This document shows, in pieces, positions 1 through 9,602 of a stretch of DNA of 64,000 nucleotides (position 1 is the stretch's first letter; each line of letters starts with the position of its first letter). The notes beneath the pieces were generated by a model, which did no database searches, had not been told where the DNA came from, and worked only from the letters and a program-made list of their open reading frames with translations. A program made the position numbers and the translations under genes. This DNA comes from an uncultured Gammaproteobacteria bacterium (lineage in GTDB: Bacteria; Patescibacteriota; Microgenomatia; UBA8517): the NCBI GenBank assembly GCA_964617045.1, contig CAZTVZ010000003.1, forward strand, positions 32,257 through 96,256. Reading direction: 5' to 3'.

Positions 1-142
1 AAATTTCGGTTAATTCTTGGGCGATACCTTCACCCAAAAACCAATCCCATGATTCTCGTTGAACCAAGGATAGGTCAAGTTTTGGCAGATTATCTTCCCT
101 TTTTCCAAAATTTATTCGTGGTTTTGAATGATTTTCAGTCAT
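1..142 (-). CDS. rpoB: DNA-directed RNA polymerase subunit beta, 5' end only (runs off the window start)
   Basis: Not in the ORF track. Manual translation from ATG 142 gives MTENHSKPRINFGKREDNLPKLDLSLVQRESWDWFLGEGIAQELTEI, matching the RpoB N-terminus (R-x-x-FGK...LP.PDL..IQ..S..WFL..G..E). Confidence 0.88.
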   Translation of the reverse strand, partial: MTENHSKPRINFGKREDNLPKLDLSLVQRESWDWFLGEGIAQELTEI

Positions 143-207
143 CTCGCGATTTAACACACAAAAACCCCTCTGATAGACGAGGAGGGAGCGTACCTTAAGT
201 ACGCCTA
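143..207 (-). promoter_or_regulatory. Structured rpoB 5' leader: two hairpins, the second followed by a U-tract
   Basis: Minus strand reads GCGTAC-ttaag-GTACGC then CCCTC-ctcgtctatca-GAGGG-gTTTTT, between the promoter and the ATG. Confidence 0.5.
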
Positions 208-213
208 AGCAGG

Positions 214-241
214 ATTATATACAGATTACGCTCCATGTCAA
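214..241 (-). promoter_or_regulatory. Sigma70-type promoter of rpoB
   Basis: Perfect TTGACA (241-236), 16-nt spacer, TATAAT (219-214) on the minus strand. Confidence 0.8.
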
Positions 242-257
242 TATCTATTTTACGAAT

Positions 258-1247
258 TTATCGTAAATATCGATTGATGTTTGCCCCGTGTTCCTCAAGT
301 GTTTTGGCATAATGGATTTCTCCTTTCGGGTCATGCAAATAAAACCAATATTCTGTATTTTGAGCGTTCGCAACGGCTTTCAAAGAAGAAATTCCGGAGC
401 TTGCTATCGCCGAAGGAGGTAATCCAATATTTTTATAACTGTTAAAAGAAGATTTTATCTCCAAGTCTGCTTTAGTTACCGGCTCCCACCATTTACATCC
501 GGAATATTTATTTGCACACCTTAAAGTTCCTGCAGCGTATTGAACCGTGGCGTCAGCCTGTAGCGGCCAATCTGCTTTTAGTCGATTTAAAAGAATACCC
601 GCAACAATAGGTTTTTCGCCTTCACCTAAAGTTTCTCGTTCCAATATTGAAGCGAGTATTACCCCTTCTTCTTTGGTGAGATTGTTTGTTAAAAGACCTT
701 GCTCAATTTCATCAGAATATTTCGATTCGAATATTGACACCATTTTGTTGACAATAGTATTTGCTGTCGCCTCTTTAGGAAAAATGTACGTATCGGGGAA
801 TAGATATCCCTCTTTTCCTTTGGTTAAAGTCATAAATTCCTGGATAAAGGCATCTCTGTCTTCTTTCTCCAGCAAATCGGCAAATTTTTCAGCAACTTCT
901 TCTCTTCTTAGGCCTTCAGGAATAGTAACCCATCGTTCTTCGGGGCCACTCAATAGTTTTGCAACTGTTTTAAGAAGTGAATCGTTCGGGGACAACGTGT
1001 ATTCTCCCGCCTGTATTTTACCTGCAGCTCCGGTTAATTGAATATAAAACTTAAATGCCAAAGAACTTTTTACAAGACCTTTTTCTTCCAACATTGAAGC
1101 AATTTTTGAAGCCGAAGACCCTTTGGTAATCAAAAAGGGAACATTCTTTTCTTCGATATCAACAGGTCCTTTTACGTAATTCCACCACAACAATCCTCCA
1201 CATACAATAATTGCAACGAATAAAAGAGGGATAATAATTTTCTTCAT
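258..1247 (-). CDS. mltG: Endolytic peptidoglycan transglycosylase MltG (YceG family)
   Basis: N-terminal TM; motifs IQAGEY, VTIPEG, EGYLFPDTY, LASILERE, LQADATVQY, YKNIGLPP. Confidence 0.93.
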   Translation of the reverse strand: MKKIIIPLLFVAIIVCGGLLWWNYVKGPVDIEEKNVPFLITKGSSASKIASMLEEKGLVKSSLAFKFYIQLTGAAGKIQAGEYTLSPNDSLLKTVAKLLSGPEERWVTIPEGLRREEVAEKFADLLEKEDRDAFIQEFMTLTKGKEGYLFPDTYIFPKEATANTIVNKMVSIFESKYSDEIEQGLLTNNLTKEEGVILASILERETLGEGEKPIVAGILLNRLKADWPLQADATVQYAAGTLRCANKYSGCKWWEPVTKADLEIKSSFNSYKNIGLPPSAIASSGISSLKAVANAQNTEYWFYLHDPKGEIHYAKTLEEHGANINRYLR

Positions 1248-1256
1248 TAACTTAGC

Positions 1257-1451
1257 TCAAACTTCTTCAAGAAGAGCGCGTCGATATTTGTTGGAGTATT
1301 TAATATAAATACGCCCACAATCACAGGTAACTTTTTCTTTTCCTTCTTTATTTTTGGAAGACTTTCCCAAATGGAGATCTTTTCCGCACCCAACACATCT
1401 ACCCTGCGAAAGTAACCATGCCTGAATTGGTGCAATTACATTTTTAAACAT
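1257..1451 (-). CDS. Small putative zinc-ribbon protein (64 aa)
   Basis: CVGCG...CDCGR cysteine pairs; start overlaps the ruvX stop and the ORF ends 9 nt before mltG. Confidence 0.7.
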   Translation of the reverse strand: MFKNVIAPIQAWLLSQGRCVGCGKDLHLGKSSKNKEGKEKVTCDCGRIYIKYSNKYRRALLEEV

Positions 1452-1830
1452 TTGTATCTAAGTAGGATTGTAGCATAATTGTTGCAGCAAAAGCATCTTC
1501 CAAAGCTTTTCTTTTTTCCCGACCCATTCCAGCTTCGATTGATTTATCGATGGCTTCCTGAGTAGAAAGTGTCTCGTCCCAAAAATCGACTTCGATAGCT
1601 AATTTGTTCTTAAGAATTTTACCAAAAGCTTCTGAACTTTCGGCGGATTCCCCTTCTGAAACGCCAACGACAATTTTTTCAATACCTTCGTTCTTTACGA
1701 TAAAGGATATTTTTTCTATCGCATCGTTTTCTTCCTGATATCGAATTACTTTATATGGGTCCGCCAAAAAACCCTCAGAAATAGAAACTCCTATTTTACT
1801 GGTTCCATAATCAATTCCTAATATTTTCAT
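1444..1830 (-). CDS. ruvX: YqgF/RuvX family nuclease (pre-16S rRNA processing / Holliday junction resolvase-like)
   Basis: From ATG 1830: MKILGIDYGTSKIGVS, IVVG, WDETLST, DAFAATIMLQSYLD; alaS-ruvX-mltG neighbourhood. Confidence 0.92.
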   Translation of the reverse strand: MKILGIDYGTSKIGVSISEGFLADPYKVIRYQEENDAIEKISFIVKNEGIEKIVVGVSEGESAESSEAFGKILKNKLAIEVDFWDETLSTQEAIDKSIEAGMGREKRKALEDAFAATIMLQSYLDTNV

Positions 1831-1832
1831 CG

Positions 1833-2507
1833 TTATATTCCAGGAGGAACAATTCTTGCCTTTACGATTAATCTTTTTGGCCTTCTTGGATCCCCCGGTG
1901 GGACACATGTTACCAGAGACAAAAAAGAATCGCTACTGTCCTGCTCCAATATTTGGATATCCGTAGGATATACTTCAATAAAACTATCAACCTCATAAAT
2001 AAATTCCACACCATCATAAGAAACAAATATCTCGTCTCCTTTTTTCAAAGAAGGTACTGTTGAAAATATTGAGATGTAATCTTTTGGATTATAAAAAATT
2101 GGTAGAATAGAATGACCGAAAACAACAGCATTTCCCCTTTTCCCCGGCAAGGCTGTTCCGGGATATTGAATTAAATGCTTGGACAAGTCATCTCCCCCAA
2201 TAGCAACCGTTGCGTTTTCAATCTTCAATTTTGGAATACTCAAAGAATAGAAAGTAACATTGGAATTTTGAAAAGAACCGGGAGTTTCTCCTTCAAACCA
2301 GTTGCTTACTTTTGTAAAATCTTGAGGGTTAGATTCCGAAATAGCATTTTCTGTACTTTCGATTACGGGACTTAATAATTTTGAGTATTTGGGACTTACA
2401 CTCCCTTGATATTCGATAATCGGAGCTATTACAATCGTCAGTATCATTACCCCCGCAAACCCGGCAATTCCAGCAATTATTTTTAGCAGAAGCTTTTTTC
2501 GAGACAT
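1833..2507 (-). CDS. Sortase (class D/E-like transpeptidase)
   Basis: N-terminal TM; LSIPKL, PGTALPG..GNAVVFGHS (catalytic His), LSLVTC (catalytic Cys), KRLIV (Arg). Confidence 0.92.
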   Translation of the reverse strand: MSRKKLLLKIIAGIAGFAGVMILTIVIAPIIEYQGSVSPKYSKLLSPVIESTENAISESNPQDFTKVSNWFEGETPGSFQNSNVTFYSLSIPKLKIENATVAIGGDDLSKHLIQYPGTALPGKRGNAVVFGHSILPIFYNPKDYISIFSTVPSLKKGDEIFVSYDGVEFIYEVDSFIEVYPTDIQILEQDSSDSFLSLVTCVPPGDPRRPKRLIVKARIVPPGI

Positions 2508-2519
2508 CTAACTAGTTAA

Positions 2520-4718
2520 TTATTTTTCGGCGGATAATTCAATATCAATGTTCTTTTCAACGTGGGGTAATCTTTGAATTTTGTCTGGGAACGAAACAGA
2601 AATTCGGATATTCGCGTTTCTGAATCCGGGAATAGTAGAAAAATACTCCGTCGCACTTTGTTTCGTTCTTCCTTTTATCTTTTTTGCCAATTCCTCAGTA
2701 TTTACATCAGGTAAAAGATTTGCCTCCAAAATTGTATCCATTACATATACACCTTCGTCTTCCGAATCAACTTCAAATTTGGCTCCAATTTGTTCGTCTT
2801 TTAGTACATACCCTGAAGGAACTCTTTCTTTCAAAAGCTCTTTTGCAAAATCAAAAAATGTTTTTTTGTCTATGGTTAAGGCAGATGCTTCTACATCCAT
2901 TGTAAGTTTCAATGTTGTTGCCTCATCTCCAACTTTTGCAGAGAAAGTGCTGTTTTTTACATCAACCATAACGCTTCCATCGGCAAGATATTTATCTGAG
3001 GGAAGCTTGTTTTGCAATTTGGTTTTGACTTTATCCGTTAATTCGGACAGCAACTCTTCTTCAAGCGCTTCTTGGTCTTCTTTCGATACAGCGCTAATTT
3101 CCCTACTACTTCCCCCAGTAAAAGCCGAGGTCGAAACCGCTTCCACGTCAGCCTTGGGATAATTACTTACCTTAAACTTTTCGTCCCCTGCTAAATTAAA
3201 CCCGTCTCCGATATCCGATGCAACGACCTCAGCAGTTGCGGATCCCGGTTCTGTTGTCGATACGGCTGCAACAATTGAAACCGCACTTACTATCGAATAT
3301 TTCAGACCTCCGCTTGAAGTGATTGCTGTTCCGGCCGCTAAATTAATATCGTTTTCTGTACCGTTAAGAATCTTTACTGTACCTTTAGCTCTTTCTCCAA
3401 CAAGTTTTGTCCCCGTTGTCGATTTTGTTCTCTCTCCCGTATCTTCTTCTGTAACCAGGTTGCCAGGAATAGTCTTATCCGAAACGCTAACTTTTGAAGA
3501 ATTTGTGTCAATGTCGATCTTAATATTGTCTTCCAATTTTTTCGAAGCAATAATCAGTGTGATGTCTGCTTTGGGAATAAACCACCAGGCTGCAAAAAGG
3601 CCAACAAGAAGTAAAACAAATACTGCTATTCCCGTAATAAATATGTTCTTTGTTGGAGTGAGTTCAACATTCGGAACCCTCACATTCAATTTCTTTGGAA
3701 AAATACCCAAAATTGAATCTTTAATGCTTTTCTTCGGTTCACCATATATCGGGGCTGGAGATTGAACGGTAGGTGGATTATTAACGACAGGGTTGGATAC
3801 CGTCTCCACAGAAGAGCTGACGGGGATATCCCTTTTTTCCGAAATATCTTCGTTTAAAGAAAAACCCAGATCTTCCGGATTAATTGTTTCTTGCGGTACT
3901 TCAACGTTTTCAATTTCTTTTGTTTCCTGTTGATAGTTTTCTATCTCTTCAGATTCCACTTTGGTTACACCACCCATTTCAGAAGCACCTGCCAATGCCG
4001 TTGCCAATACTTTATTTTCCGAGTCGATTATTTCTATCTTTGGTGTGTGTAAAAATTTAATCCGTTCTTCGGATTCCCATGACATTTTAAGCAAGGTTTG
4101 CCTGTCTTCTTCCAGCTCTCCTTCTTTCCCGTCATATAAAATGAATCTCGAAGGTAAATTTTCGGTCGTACCAAATCTGGCTAAACCTTCAACCACGTCA
4201 TCCGAAATTGAAACACTTCTCGCAACTAGTGCATTTCCAACAAGATTCCCCAACCTAAAAACCGAGACCTCAATATTTTCTTCCCCAACGCCAAGCACTA
4301 CAGCATTGAGAGGTGCACCTTCTTGCGATTTTGTTAAATGTGCAATTGCTTCCGGTAATACAACAAACCCTGTTGGTTCAAGGGACAATTCTGTACAAAT
4401 TCGTTTAATTGTTCCCAAATGTTCGGCTTTTATTTCCCCATCGCCCACCCATGAAGGCGGAACTCCAAATACCGTTTTGGATGGTTCCGGTATCTCATCG
4501 GGTAATTTTTGAATTGCAGCAGAAAGCACTGTATCAGCAGCCCCTACAATTTCTTCATTTTCTTTCCATGCTGCAGGAGGACTTACTGATACGACTTTTG
4601 CACTTGTTCCCTCAATAAACCATATGCCTGCCTGAACCCATCCCGGTTCAATGGTTAAAGCCCAGTAGTGTTCTGGGGACGAAGATTTATTTCCCTGTAA
4701 TATGCTTCCTATATCCAT
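2520..4718 (-). CDS. Single-pass membrane protein: degenerate FtsA/actin-like N-domain, acidic linker, TM, baseplate-J-like C-domain
   Basis: TVFGVPPSWV and GFVVLPEAIA recall an FtsA-like fold; TM near aa 360-382; then ERAKGTVKILN, G..FNL and FTGGSSREI..VSKED, typical of baseplate J/gp47-like CPR proteins. Confidence 0.65.
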   Translation of the reverse strand: MDIGSILQGNKSSSPEHYWALTIEPGWVQAGIWFIEGTSAKVVSVSPPAAWKENEEIVGAADTVLSAAIQKLPDEIPEPSKTVFGVPPSWVGDGEIKAEHLGTIKRICTELSLEPTGFVVLPEAIAHLTKSQEGAPLNAVVLGVGEENIEVSVFRLGNLVGNALVARSVSISDDVVEGLARFGTTENLPSRFILYDGKEGELEEDRQTLLKMSWESEERIKFLHTPKIEIIDSENKVLATALAGASEMGGVTKVESEEIENYQQETKEIENVEVPQETINPEDLGFSLNEDISEKRDIPVSSSVETVSNPVVNNPPTVQSPAPIYGEPKKSIKDSILGIFPKKLNVRVPNVELTPTKNIFITGIAVFVLLLVGLFAAWWFIPKADITLIIASKKLEDNIKIDIDTNSSKVSVSDKTIPGNLVTEEDTGERTKSTTGTKLVGERAKGTVKILNGTENDINLAAGTAITSSGGLKYSIVSAVSIVAAVSTTEPGSATAEVVASDIGDGFNLAGDEKFKVSNYPKADVEAVSTSAFTGGSSREISAVSKEDQEALEEELLSELTDKVKTKLQNKLPSDKYLADGSVMVDVKNSTFSAKVGDEATTLKLTMDVEASALTIDKKTFFDFAKELLKERVPSGYVLKDEQIGAKFEVDSEDEGVYVMDTILEANLLPDVNTEELAKKIKGRTKQSATEYFSTIPGFRNANIRISVSFPDKIQRLPHVEKNIDIELSAEK

Positions 4719-4725
4719 GAATAAT

Positions 4726-6519
4726 TTACTCGGGTCTGTTTGTTGCGTAAATTCGGATTACACCCGAGCCAACCTTTTCCTGTTTTATTATTCTAACATG
4801 ACCAATTTCTCCGGTGTTGTCGACATGAGGTCCACCACACACTTCTTTAGAAAACGGATCTGTGGGATTAACTGTATACACTTTTACTACTTCTCCGTAT
4901 TTTTCTGCAAAAAAATGCAGTGCTCCTTCTTTAACGGCATCGCTAATTTTTTTATTCTCGCAAGAGACCTCATACTTCTTGTCAATCACGAAATTTATTA
5001 TCTTTTCAATTTCTTTCACTTGTTCCTCAGACAATTTTTGAGTGTGAGAAAAATCAAACCTTAATCTTTCAGCGGTAATGTTTGAGCCTTTTTGGGATAC
5101 ATGATCTCCCAATACTTTTCTTAAAGCCGCATGCAATAAATGTGTCGCTGTATGTAATTTAACAACGTTTTCGGAGTTTTCAGCCAAACCACCCTTAAAC
5201 ATGCCGGCAGAAGCAGTTCGCGATAATTCCTTGTGTTTTTCAAATTCCTCTTCGAAAGACGCTTTGTCTCCATCGCTCAGTTCTTTTCCTTCCTTTTCCA
5301 AAATCTCCAATGTCAGCTCAAGAGGGAAGCCTTCGGTTTGATATAAGTCGAAAGCCATTTTCCCATCAATAACTTTGTCTTTGTTCAGAGCATTCTTGAG
5401 TTTAATTGTTCCCCTTGTAAGCGCATTTTCAAACTTATGAGCTTCTTCAGAAAGAATGTCTGCCACTGTTTTTTCGTCGACAATTTCTTTGACATAGGTT
5501 GAGCGTAAAGCTTTAACAATATCAAAAGCAAAATTTCCAAACACGACTGGCTTAAGGTTTTTCAGATAAAAAACGGCTCTTCTTATCAATCTCCTTAAAA
5601 CATAGCCCTGTAATTTATTGCTGGGATAAGTTCCTTCGGAAATAATCGCAACCGCTGCTCTCATATGATCCGCAATAATTCTGAAGTTTTTGTCTTTTGA
5701 TTCGTCTTCTCCGTAATTGACTTTCGTTAATCCTTCTATTTCCTTAATTACGGGATTGTATATATCGGTTTTAAAAACATCCGGACTCCCCTGCAAAACA
5801 GCTACCGTTCTCTCCAGTCCTCCGCCAAAATCGACATTTTTTTGAGGAAGAGGTGATAAACTCCCGTCACTGTTTTTCTGATACTCCATAAAAACCGAGT
5901 TTCCAATTTCCATAAATCTGCCGCAATCACAATTCGGATGGCATCCTTCGTGCACCGGACTGCCAAAGTCATAGAATATCTCCGAATCCGGTCCTCCAAT
6001 TTCTCCCGCAGGCATATTTTCGGGAACCCCGGATCTGCTCCACCAATTCTTTTTTGCTCCATAATAATGTATTTTTTCATCAGGCAGGCCCAGAGATTTC
6101 CATATTTCATACGATTCGATATCTTTGGGAACCAAATCGTCTCCTTCAAATACCGAAACATGAAGCTTATCTTTCGGTATACCCAATTCTTTGGTAAAAA
6201 AATCCCAAATCCAGGGCAGTTGTTGTTCTTTAAAATAATCTCCCAACGACCAATTACCCAACATTTCGAAAAAAGTTGTATGCCTGTTGTCTCCAACCTC
6301 TTCTATGTCTTGAAGTCTTAAAGAAGGTTGAGTATCGACAAGCCTTTTCCCCTTTGAATGAATCTCGCCTTTTAGATAAGGAATTAACTGTTGCATTCCA
6401 GAAGAGGTAAACAGTGTTGTTGGATCTCCTTCCAAAACCAGAGGGGAAGGTTCAATCTTTTCGTGTTCTTTCGACTGAAAATAATTAAGATACTTTTCGC
6501 GTACTTCACTTGCAAGCAT
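4726..6519 (-). CDS. alaS: Alanine--tRNA ligase (short form without C-Ala domain)
   Basis: DPTTLFTSSGMQ, RHTTFFEMLGNWS, VDFGGGLER, IIADHMR, editing motifs HTATHLLH and CGGPH; start taken at ATG 6519. Confidence 0.97.
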   Translation of the reverse strand: MLASEVREKYLNYFQSKEHEKIEPSPLVLEGDPTTLFTSSGMQQLIPYLKGEIHSKGKRLVDTQPSLRLQDIEEVGDNRHTTFFEMLGNWSLGDYFKEQQLPWIWDFFTKELGIPKDKLHVSVFEGDDLVPKDIESYEIWKSLGLPDEKIHYYGAKKNWWSRSGVPENMPAGEIGGPDSEIFYDFGSPVHEGCHPNCDCGRFMEIGNSVFMEYQKNSDGSLSPLPQKNVDFGGGLERTVAVLQGSPDVFKTDIYNPVIKEIEGLTKVNYGEDESKDKNFRIIADHMRAAVAIISEGTYPSNKLQGYVLRRLIRRAVFYLKNLKPVVFGNFAFDIVKALRSTYVKEIVDEKTVADILSEEAHKFENALTRGTIKLKNALNKDKVIDGKMAFDLYQTEGFPLELTLEILEKEGKELSDGDKASFEEEFEKHKELSRTASAGMFKGGLAENSENVVKLHTATHLLHAALRKVLGDHVSQKGSNITAERLRFDFSHTQKLSEEQVKEIEKIINFVIDKKYEVSCENKKISDAVKEGALHFFAEKYGEVVKVYTVNPTDPFSKEVCGGPHVDNTGEIGHVRIIKQEKVGSGVIRIYATNRPE

Positions 6520-6562
6520 GGCTAAATTATATCTTCTTGGAAGCGCACTATCCACAAGGAGG

Positions 6563-6805
6563 TTATATTTGGGTCTCTCCGTGAGATTCCAGTTTCTTGG
6601 TTTTTTTAAGAATTTCGATTATTCCTGTTAGTTTTTCCGGTCTAATTAATCCTCCGCCCAATATCGCATCCTCCAAAATACTATTCAACCTTTTTATGGC
6701 TTTTCTCAAATCAATAATAATAAGCATTACCTGAATTCCCACAATAACTAATAAAGAAGTTAGAGAGATAACCACTACTACAAGTAATTTTTGTACACCA
6801 TCCAT
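6563..6805 (-). CDS. Hypothetical small membrane protein
   Basis: 80 aa; N-terminal TM followed by an amphipathic helix; coupled to the upstream gene. Confidence 0.7.
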   Translation of the reverse strand: MDGVQKLLVVVVISLTSLLVIVGIQVMLIIIDLRKAIKRLNSILEDAILGGGLIRPEKLTGIIEILKKTKKLESHGETQI

Positions 6806-7428
6806 TAAAGTTCAGGATTAATATTACGACGAATCACCGTCTCTTTACCAGCCCTTGATTTGGCAATTACTACAATTTCTTTTGTGTCCGAGACAATATT
6901 TATTTGAAGTGCAAAATTACCTTCTTCATCAACCAGCACGGGTTGATTGTTTACAATAACGGTTGCATCTTTTTCGGTTTTTCCTAGTACTGTCAATTTT
7001 CTTTCATAAACGGTTTGTCCTTCTGAGGGTTCGATAAGAGAAAGTTCTGGAGGGTTAATATACTTAGCATATTGAACTGATAAATATATAATTGTCGATA
7101 TTATTACCAACGCAATTCCTGTTATAAAAGTAATCTTGGGATTAATGGAGAATTTTTTCTCCACATCAGGTTTGGGATTAATGAATAATTTTTTTGGAGG
7201 ATAGTCTCTTCGTAAAAGCGCAAGTGCGGCGTTTTTATCACACCCTAAAAAATCCGCATAATTTTTTACAAAACCCGATACGACTGGAAATTCCGGCAGC
7301 TTATTCCACTCCTCTTTTTCAAGTGCTTCAATAAATTCTTTCTTTATTTTTATCGCACTTTCAATTCTGCCTAGGGAAAGATCCTTTGACATTCGGGCGG
7401 TTTTTAGAACATATCCGACAGTTTTCAT
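6805..7428 (-). CDS. RodZ-like protein (HTH, TM, Ig-like domain)
   Basis: VGYVLKTARMSK..IKKEFIEALEKEEWNKLP..GFVKNYADFLG is an HTH_25 pattern; lies directly downstream of ftsK, as rodZ often does. Confidence 0.8.
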   Translation of the reverse strand: MKTVGYVLKTARMSKDLSLGRIESAIKIKKEFIEALEKEEWNKLPEFPVVSGFVKNYADFLGCDKNAALALLRRDYPPKKLFINPKPDVEKKFSINPKITFITGIALVIISTIIYLSVQYAKYINPPELSLIEPSEGQTVYERKLTVLGKTEKDATVIVNNQPVLVDEEGNFALQINIVSDTKEIVVIAKSRAGKETVIRRNINPEL

Positions 7429-7433
7429 TTAAA

Positions 7434-9554
7434 TTATTGTTGAGGTTCTTTTGGCTGTGAGGCAGAAGCTAAAAATTCCTCGGCGTTTTGAATCAGCACT
7501 TCTCTTGGCTTGGATCCTTCGGCAGGCCCGACTACTCCGGCGGCTTCAAGTTGGTCGATTACCCTTGCCGCTCTTGCATAACCGATTGACAATCTTCTTT
7601 GTAATAATGAAGCAGAAGCTCTGTCGTATTGACATACTTCTCTAACCGCATCCGTAAATAATGGATCAGCGTCCCCTTCCAGTCCAGCAATTGGTGCATG
7701 ACCAGACTTTGTCATGGCGGTTACTTCTTCCGAGTATTGAGGTTCAACTCCTTGGTTTCTTATATAGGAAACAAGCGAATTGGTTTCCTTGTCCGAAATA
7801 AACGCTCCCTGAATTCTCATTGGTTTAGCCTGCTCCGGAGGAAGGAATAACATGTCTCCCCTGCCCAATAATTTTTCCGCTCCCTGTGTATCCAAAATTA
7901 CCCTTGAATCAACTTGCGAAGATACTGCAAAAGCAATACGACAAGGAATATTCGCTTTGATAAGACCTGTAATAACATCGACCGATGGCCTTTGTGTTGC
8001 GAGAACCATATGTATACCCGTTGCACGAGCCATTTGGGCAATTCTGGTTATTGAATCTTCAACCTCAACCGGAGAAAAAAGCATAATATCAGCAAGTTCA
8101 TCGATGAAAAGAACAATGTATGGTAAAGCCTGGAAACCGGACAGTTCGTTGTAAGTATCTATATTCCTTGCTCCTGCTTGTGCAAATAATTTATATCTTC
8201 TATCCATTTCCGAAAGAATCCACCTAAGTGCCGAAACAACCTTTTCCGGTTCTACAATAACAGGGGTAAGAAGATGCGGAATATTATTATAATTGGTCAA
8301 TTCAACTCTCTTTGGATCAACCAAGATTAATTTGATTTCGGAAGGAGATGCTCTAAAAAGAAGCGATGAAAGGAAGGCGTTCACACAAACCGATTTACCC
8401 GAGCCTGTTTGTCCAGCAATTAAAACGTGAGGCATTTTCCCAATATCCGCAACGATTGGCTTACCTGAAACATCAAGCCCCAAAGAAACAGCGAGTTTGG
8501 ATCTGGTTGCGTGCATTGCTTCCGACTCCATCATTTTTCTTATCGGAACAAATTCCGGAGATTTATTGGGAAGTTCAATTCCCACCAAACTTCTTCCGGG
8601 AATAGGAGCCTCTATTCTTATCGTTCCTGTCGGAGCCGCAAGAGCAAGGGCAAGGTCTCTCTCCAAAGCGGTTATTTTTGAAAGCTTTGTCCCTAAACCT
8701 ACTTCCAATGCGTATTGGGTAACCGCAGGTCCCAAATTGACCTCGACAACTCTGGCCGTAATTCCAAACGATTCAAGCGTCTTTTCAATTATTGCCGCGT
8801 TGTCTCTAATATCTCCTCTGTCAGCCTTCCCAAGTTCGCTATTACTTAATAAGTCGAGATTCGGATATCTCCAAACTTTATCTTCACCCGGGACATTGGA
8901 AACCAATTTTTGTTCCAAAGGCTCTTTACTAACCGGTACTGTTTCCTTTTTGTTTGCAGGATTAACAATATTAAAAGATGGCGAACTTCCTCCCGACACC
9001 TTCATCGTTCCTTTTCCGAATCCTTTTGCAACAACTCCCTGAGTTTTATCCCCTACAATATATTTTTTGCCTTCTTTGAAAAGCATTATCAAAAATTGAA
9101 CAACTTGATCTACGGACGTGTTGAACATAATAACCAATCCAACAAGTGTTGTTCCCAATAAAACGATAAAAGCACCCGGGGCGGTTATTAAAGTTGCCGT
9201 TCCTCCCCATGCTTCACTACCGAGCACCCCACTTCTCCCTAAGGTTGCAATAGAAATAAAAAATAAAATGCTTCCTATGACAACGTTTGGTTGACCTAGG
9301 GGGTTTTTAACTTTGGAAACAAGAAGAGCACAAGTAAGAAAAATAAAAGGAAGAAAGAGTGTTGACCAAGCAAACATTCTCCAAAGAAAATCATTAATTT
9401 CGATTAGAATCGATCCTCTTCTGGAAAACGAAATCAAAACCAGGGCAGCAAGGGAAAAGAAAATTACCTGAACAATCGAATACGTTGTCCCCTTTTTTAA
9501 TTTGAGATTAAAAGCTCTCTTTGTTGTTTTTGCTCTTCTTAATTTTCTTCCCAT
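7434..9554 (-). CDS. ftsK: DNA translocase FtsK/SpoIIIE
   Basis: N-terminal TMs; PHVLIAGQTGSGKS, IDELAD, LATQRPSVDVITG, gamma domain SASLLQRRLSIGYARAAR. Confidence 0.97.
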   Translation of the reverse strand: MGRKLRRAKTTKRAFNLKLKKGTTYSIVQVIFFSLAALVLISFSRRGSILIEINDFLWRMFAWSTLFLPFIFLTCALLVSKVKNPLGQPNVVIGSILFFISIATLGRSGVLGSEAWGGTATLITAPGAFIVLLGTTLVGLVIMFNTSVDQVVQFLIMLFKEGKKYIVGDKTQGVVAKGFGKGTMKVSGGSSPSFNIVNPANKKETVPVSKEPLEQKLVSNVPGEDKVWRYPNLDLLSNSELGKADRGDIRDNAAIIEKTLESFGITARVVEVNLGPAVTQYALEVGLGTKLSKITALERDLALALAAPTGTIRIEAPIPGRSLVGIELPNKSPEFVPIRKMMESEAMHATRSKLAVSLGLDVSGKPIVADIGKMPHVLIAGQTGSGKSVCVNAFLSSLLFRASPSEIKLILVDPKRVELTNYNNIPHLLTPVIVEPEKVVSALRWILSEMDRRYKLFAQAGARNIDTYNELSGFQALPYIVLFIDELADIMLFSPVEVEDSITRIAQMARATGIHMVLATQRPSVDVITGLIKANIPCRIAFAVSSQVDSRVILDTQGAEKLLGRGDMLFLPPEQAKPMRIQGAFISDKETNSLVSYIRNQGVEPQYSEEVTAMTKSGHAPIAGLEGDADPLFTDAVREVCQYDRASASLLQRRLSIGYARAARVIDQLEAAGVVGPAEGSKPREVLIQNAEEFLASASQPKEPQQ

Positions 9555-9602
9555 ACTGAATATAATTATATCTAAGTGGTGAAGTAATACTAAAGAGGGA
9601 AA

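Noticed and set aside
2520-4718. Prophage or contractile injection system suggested by the baseplate-like domain
   Set aside because: No tail, sheath, capsid or integrase genes; the gene has a TM and lies among housekeeping genes.
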